Source: Squalus acanthias
Taxonomy: Eukaryota
DNA length: 64,000 nt
Assembly: GCA_030390025.1 (NCBI GenBank)
Contig: JASTWF010000123.1
Span: 806,001 to 870,000, forward strand
Reading direction: 5' to 3'
Shown here: positions 57,723-64,000 of the stretch, piece by piece
Layout: every line of letters starts with the position of its first letter
Position numbering within the stretch: position 1 is the stretch's first letter
Notes under the pieces: model-generated
Told to the model about the DNA's origin: nothing
What the model saw: only the letters and a program-made list of their open reading frames with translations
Databases searched by the model: none
Program-made: the position numbers and the translations under genes

Positions 57723-60700
57723 TCTCCCCCAATATTTGGTCCTGGGGTGTATTCCCTCAAATACTGTACGAGAGGGATTCCCTCACACATGGGACTGGGA
57801 AACTCCCCAAATATCAGATCCTGGGGTGTATTCCCCACAATATCGAGTCCTATTGTGTATTCCCCCAATGACTATACTGAGGTGATTCCCTTATGCATGA
57901 GACAGGGAGTCTCCCTCAATTACCCCCCAATGACTGTACCTCGAGGGTTTCCCCTCATACATGGGACTGTGAATCCCAACCCCCTCTCCAATATCTTGTC
58001 CTGGAGCGTATTCCCCCAATGAATTTGCTCGTAGGGGAATAACCTCATACATGCAAATGGGAACCTCCTCCAATATCTGGTCCTGGATTTATTCCCCCAA
58101 TATTTGGTCCTGGTGTGTATTCCCCCAATGAATGTACCTCGAGCGTTTCCCTCATATGTGGGACATTAAATTCCACCACCCACCCCCGCACTCCCTCCCC
58201 CCGCCGCAATATTGCATCCTGGGATGTATTCCTCCATTGAATGTGCTTGTGGGTGAATTCCCTCATACATGCAGCTGGGAACCTCCCTCAATATCTGGTC
58301 CTCGGGTGTATCCTCAGTGTATCTAATCCTCGTGTGTATTCCCCCAGTATCTGGTCCTCGCGTGTATTCCCCCAGTATCTGGTCCTCGCGTGTATTCCCC
58401 CAGTATCTGGTCCTCGCGTGTATTCCCCCAGTATCTGGTCCTCGCGTGTATTCCCCAGTATCTGGTCCTCGCGTGTATTCCCCCAGTATCTGGTCCTCGC
58501 GTGTATTCCCCCAGTATCTGGTCCTCGCGTGTATTCCCCCAGTATCTGGTCCTCGGGTGTATTCCCCCAGTATCTGATCCTCGCGTGTATTCCCCCAGTA
58601 TCTGGTCCTCGCGTGTATTCCCCCAGTATCTGGTCCTCGCGTGTATTCCCCCAGTATCTGGTCCTCGCGTGTATTCCCCCAGTATCTAATCCTCGCGTGT
58701 ATTCCCCCAGTATCTGGTCCTCGCGTGTATTCCCCCAGTATCTGGTCCTCGCGTGTATTCCCCCAGTATCTGGTCCTCGCGTGTATTCCCCCAGTATCTG
58801 GTCCTTGCGTGTATTCCCCCAGTATCTGGTCCTCGCGTGTATTCCCCCAGTATCTGGTCCTGGGTGTATTCCCCCAGTATCTGGTCCTGGGGTGTATTCC
58901 CCCAGTATCTGGTCCTGGGTGTATTCCCCCAAGTATCTGTCCTGGGGTGTATTCCCCCAGTATCTGGTCCTGGGGTGTATTCCCCAGTATCTGGTCCTGG
59001 GGTGTATTCCCCCAGTATCTGGTCCTGGGTGTATTCCCCCAGTATCTGGTCCTGGGTGTATTCCCCCAGTATCTGGTCCTGGGTGTATTCCCCCAGTATC
59101 TGGTCCTGGGGTGTATTCCCCCAGTATCTGGTCCTGGGTGTATTCCCCCAGTATCTGGTCCTGGGGTGTATTCCCCCAGTATCTGGTCCTGGTGTGTATT
59201 CCCCCAGTATCTGGTCCTGGTGTGTATTCCCCAGTATCTGGTCCTGGTGTGTATTCCCCCAGTATCTGGTCCTGGGTGTATTCCCCCAGTATCTGGTCCT
59301 GGGGTGTATTCCCCCAATATCTGGTCCTGGGGTGTATTCCCCCAGTATCTGGTCCTGGTGTGTATTCCCCAGTATCTGGTCCTGGTGTGTATTCCCCCAG
59401 TATCTGGTCCTGGGGTGTATTCCCCCAGTATCTGGTCCTGGGTGTATTCCCCCAGTATCTGGTCCTGGGGTGTATTCCCCCAGTATCTGGTCCTGGGTGT
59501 ATTCCCCAGTATCTGGTCCTGGGTGTATTCCCCCAGTATCTGGTCCTGGGTGTATTCCCCCAGTATCTGGTCCTGGGTGTATTCCCCCAGTATCTGGTCC
59601 TGGGTGTATTCCCCCAGTATCTGGTCCTGGGGTGTATTCCCCCAGTATCTGGTCCTGGTGTGTATTCCCCCATATCTGGTCCTGGGTGTATTCCCCCAGT
59701 ATCTGGTCCTGGTGTGTATTCCCCCAGTATCTGGTCCTGGTGTGTATTCCCCCAGTATCTGGTCCTGGTGTGTATTCCCCCAGTATCTGGTCCTGGGGTG
59801 TATTCCCCAATATCTGGTCCTGGGGTGTATTCCCCCAGTATCTGGTCCTGGTGTGTATTCCCCCAGTATCTGGTCCTGGTGTGTATTCCCCAGTATCTGG
59901 TCCTGGTGTGTATTCCCCCAGTATCTGGTCCTGGGGTGTATTCCCCCAGTATCTGGTCCTGGGGTGTATTCCCCAATATCTGGTCCTGGTGTGTATTCCC
60001 CCAGTATCTGGTCCTGGTGTGTATTCCCCCAGTATCTGGTCCTGGGGTGTATTCCCCCAGTATCTGGTCCTGGGTGTATTCCCCAATATCTGGTCCTGGT
60101 GTGTATTCCTCCAGTATCTGGTCCTGGGGAATCACCCACAATATCAGGTTCTGGTGTTCATTCCCCCAATGCTTGCACTAAGGGAGGGGGTGTGTATTCC
60201 TCCATACATGGACCTGGAGTATCCTCCCAATATCTGGTCCTGGGGTGTATTCCCCCAGTATCTGGTCCTGGGTTGTATTCACACAATATCTGTTCCTCGG
60301 GTGTATTCCCCCAATATCTGGTCCTGGTTGTATTCCCCCAATACCTGGTCCTGGTGTGTATTCCCCCAGTATCTGGTCCTGGTGTGTATTCCCCCCAGTA
60401 TCTGTCCTGGGGTGTATTCCCCCAGTATCTGGTCCTGGGGTGTATTCCTCCCAGTATCTGGTCCTGGGTGTATTCCCCAGTATCTGGTCCTGGTGTGTAT
60501 TCCCCCAGTATCTGGCCCTGGGTTGTATTCCCCCAGTATCTGGTCCTGGTGTGTTTTCCCCCATTATCTAGTCCTGGGTTGTATTCCCCCAGTATCTGGT
60601 CCTGGTGTGTATTCCCCCAGTATCTGGTCCTGGTGTGTATTCCCCAGTATCTGGTCCTGGGTGTATTCCCCCAGTATCTGGTCCTGGGGTGTATTCCCCC

Positions 60701-63700
60701 AGTATCTGGTCCTGGGGTGTATTCCCCCAGTATCTGGTCCTGGGTGTATTCCCCCAGTATCTGGTCCTGGGTGTATTCCCCCAGTATCTGGTCCTGGGTG
60801 TATTCCCCCAGTATCTGGTCCTGGGTGTATTCCCCCAGTATCTGGTCCTGGGTGTATTCCCCCAGTATCTGGTCCTGGGTGTATTCCCCCAGTATCTGGT
60901 CCTGGGTGTATTCCCCAGTATCTGGTCCTGGGTGTATTCCCCCAGTATCTGGTCCTGGGTGTATTCCCCCAGTATCTGGTCCTGCGTGTATTCCCCCAGT
61001 ATCTGGTCCTGGGTGTATTCCCCCAGTATCTGGTCCTGGGTGTATTCCCCCAGTATCTGGTCCTGGGTGTATTCCCCCAGTATCTGGTCCTGGTGTGTAT
61101 TCCCCCAGTATCTGGTCCTCGCGTGTATTCCCCCAGTATCTGGTCCTCGCGTGTATTCCCCCAGTATCTGGTCCTTGCGTGTATTCCCCCAGTATCTAAT
61201 CCTCGTGTGTATTCCCCCAGTATCTGGTCCTCGCGTGTATTCCCCCAGTATCTGGTCCTCGCGTGTATTCCCCCAGTATCTGGTCCTTGCTTGTATTCCC
61301 CCAGTATCTGGTCCTCGCGTGTATTCCCCCAGTATCGGGTCCTTGCGTGTATTGCCCTAGTATCTGGTCCTCGCGTGTATTCCCCCAGTATCGGGTCCTT
61401 GCGTGTATTCCCCCAGTATCTGGTCCTGGGGTGTATTCCTCCAATATCTGGTCCTGGGGTGTATTTCCCCAGTATCTGGTCCTGGTGTGTATTCCCCAAT
61501 ATCTGGTCCTCGCGTGTATTCCCCCAGTATCTGGTCCTGGGGTGTATTCCCCCAGTATCTGGTCCTTGCATGTATTCCCCCAGTATCTGGTCCTTGCGTG
61601 TATTCCCCCAATATCTGGTCCTGGTGTGTATTCCCCCAGTATCTGGTCCTGGTGTGTATTCCCCCAGTATCTGGTCCTGGTGTGTATTCCCCCAGTATCT
61701 GGTCCTGGGGTGTATTCCCCCAGTATCTGGTCCTGGGGTGTATTCCCCAGTATCTGGTCCTGGTGTGTATTCCCCCAGTATCTGGTCCTGGGTGTATTCC
61801 CCCAGTATCTGGTCCTGGGGTGTATTCCCCCAATATCTGGTCCTGGTGTGTATTCCCCCAGTATCTGGTCCTGGGGTGTATTCCCCCAGTATCTGGTCCT
61901 GGGGTGTATTCCCCCAGTATCTGGTCCTGGGGTGTATTCCCCCAGTATCTGGTCCTGGTGTGTATTCCCCCAATATCTGGTCCTGGTGTGTATTCCCCCA
62001 GTATCTGGTCCTGGGGTGTATTCCCCAGTATCTGGTCCTGGGGTGTATTCCCCCAGTATCTGGTCCTGGGGTGTATTCCCCCAGTATCTGGTCCTGGGGT
62101 GTATTCCCCCAGTATCTGGTCCTCGCGTGTATTCCCCCAGTATCTGGTCCTCGCGTGTATTCCCCCAGTATCTGGTCCTTGCGTGTATTGCCCTAGTATC
62201 TAATCTTGTCGTGTCTTCCCACAATTTCTGGTACTGAGGTATATTCCCCAAAGACTGGATTGGGAGATTCCGTCCTACATGGCCTTGGGAATCACCCACA
62301 ATATCAGGTTCTGGTGTACATTCCCCCAATGCTTGCACTAAGGGAGGGGGTGTTGGTGATTCCCTCATACATGGGACTGGAAATATCCTCCAATATCTGG
62401 TCCCGGTGTGTATTCCCCCAGTATCTGGTCCTGGGTTGTATTCACACAATATCTGGTCCTCGGGTGTATTCCCCCAATATCTGGTCCTGGGTTGTATTCC
62501 CCCAGAACCTGGTCCTGGTGTGTATTCCCCCAGTATCTGGTCCTGGGGTGTATTCCCCCCAGTATCTGGTCCTGGGGTGTATTCCCCCAGTATCTGGTCC
62601 TGGAGTGTATTCCCCCAGTATCTGGCCCTGGGTTGTATTCCCCCAGTATCTGGTCCTGGTGTGTTTTCCCCCAGTATCTAGTCCTGGGTTGTATTCCCCC
62701 AGTATCTGGTCCTGGTGTGTATTCCCCCAGTATCTGGTCCTGGTGTGTTTTCCCCAGTATCTGGTCCTGGGTTGTATTCCCCCAGTATCTGGTCCTGGGG
62801 TGTATTCCCCCAGTATCTGGTCCTGGGGTGTATTCCCCCAGTATCTGGTCCTGGGGTGTATTCCCCCAGTATCTGGTCCTGGGGTGTATTCCCCCAGTAT
62901 CTGGTGCTGGGGTGTATTCCCCCAGTATCTGGTCCTGGTGTGCATTCCCCCAGTATCTGGTCCTGGGGTGTATTCCCCCAGTATCTGGTCCTGGTGTGTT
63001 TTTCCCCAGTATCTGGTCCTGGGTTGTATTCCTCCAGTATCTGGTCCTGGTATGTATTCCCCCAATATCTGTTCCTGGTATGTATTCCCCCAGTATCTGG
63101 TCCTGGTGTGTATTCCCCCAGTATCTGGTCCTGGTGTGTATTCCCCCAGTATCTGGTCCTGGTGTGTATTCCCCCAATATCTGGTCCTGGGGGTATTCCC
63201 CCCAGTACTGGACCTGTGGTGTTTTTCCCAGTATCTGGTCCTGCGGTGTATTCCCCCAGTATCTGGTCCTGGTGTGTATTCCTCCAATACCTGGTCCTGG
63301 TGTGTATTCCCCCAGTATCTGGTTCTGGTGTGTATTCCCCCAGTATCTGGTCCTGGGGTGTATTCCCCCAATATCTGGTCCTGGTGTGTATTCCCCCAGT
63401 ATCTGGTCCTGGGGTGTATTTCCCCCAGTATCTGGTCCTGGGGTGTATTCCCCCAATACCTGGTCCTGGTGTGTATTCCCCCAGTATCTGGTCCTGGTGT
63501 GTATTCCCCCAATATCTGGTCCTGGTGTGTATTCCCCCAAAATCAGGTCCTGGGGTGTATTCCCCAATATCTGGTCCTGCGGTGTATTCCCCCAATATCT
63601 GGTCCTGGTGTGTATTCCTCCAGTATCTGTCCTGGTGTGTATTCCCCCAAAATCAGGTCCTGGGGTGTATTCCCCAATATCTGGTCCTGGGGTGTCTTCC

Positions 63701-64000
63701 CCCAGTATCTGGTCCTGCAGTTTATTCCCCCAGTATCAGGTCCTGGGGTGTATTCCCCCAGTATCTGGTCCTGGGGTGTATTCCCCCAGTATCTGGTGCT
63801 GGTGTGTATTCCTCCAATATCTGTTCCTGGGGTGTATTCCTCCAATATCTGGTCCTGGTGCATTTTCCCCCAATATCTGGTCCTGGGGTGTATTCCCCAA
63901 TATCTGGTCCTGGGGTGTATTCCCCCAGTATCTGGTCCTGGGGTGTATTCCCCAATATCTGGTCCTGGTGTGTATTCCCCAATATCTGGTCCTGGGGTGT
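57723..64000 (+). repeat. 27-28-bp minisatellite (gtattcccccagtatctggtcctggtgt), over 6 kb, runs off the window
   Basis: Read directly. Degenerate units are at 57723-58320, with related degenerate patches at 50475-50985 and 56405-56575. Confidence 0.97.

Noticed and set aside
58166-63982. Very long ORFs (up to 1147 aa) in most frames of both strands
   Set aside because: The 27-28-bp unit has no stop codon on either strand. The translations are frame-rotating repeats, not proteins.
45035-64000. G-skewed tandem arrays upstream of the IgW exon as switch-like regions
   Set aside because: AGCT/WGCW hotspots are sparse. Two of the three arrays are C-rich on the Ig sense strand, one is clearly LINE-derived, and sharks are not known to have canonical S regions.

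Overview
This is vertebrate genomic DNA, almost certainly from a cartilaginous fish (shark or ray), judged from an IgW-type exon pair, a DeuSINE of the SacSINE1 type and shark-style CR1, Penelope and Harbinger repeats. Most of the window is nested transposable elements and tandem arrays. It holds many CR1 LINE pieces, including two near-full-length copies arranged tail-to-tail, one with an intact 983-aa ORF2. It also holds L2 and a second CR1/L2-group LINE family with its partner SINE, Penelope-like elements carrying minimal hammerhead ribozymes, two PIF/Harbinger transposons, and minisatellites with 67, 35, 33/35/37, 16, 49 and 27-28 bp units. Three things stand out. (1) A 5'-truncated endogenous retrovirus (about 12.6-16.3 kb) has RNase H, integrase, a PPT, a short 3' LTR and an env with Pneumo/Paramyxovirus F-protein architecture rather than gamma-type SU/TM. 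It looks lokiretrovirus-like, in a lineage where I do not recall that group being reported. (2) A 1.9-kb island has an IgW CH2 exon and the Cys-rich secretory-tail exon of short-form IgW, sandwiched between the two inverted CR1s, with no other Ig exon recognisable in the window. (3) An unexplained unique segment (27.1-28.75 kb) has a candidate terminal exon and a CpG/CCAAT-rich promoter-like region. The long ORFs at 29-34, 45-46 and 58-64 kb are artefacts of stop-poor repeat units. All family assignments are from recognition by eye; no database searches were run.
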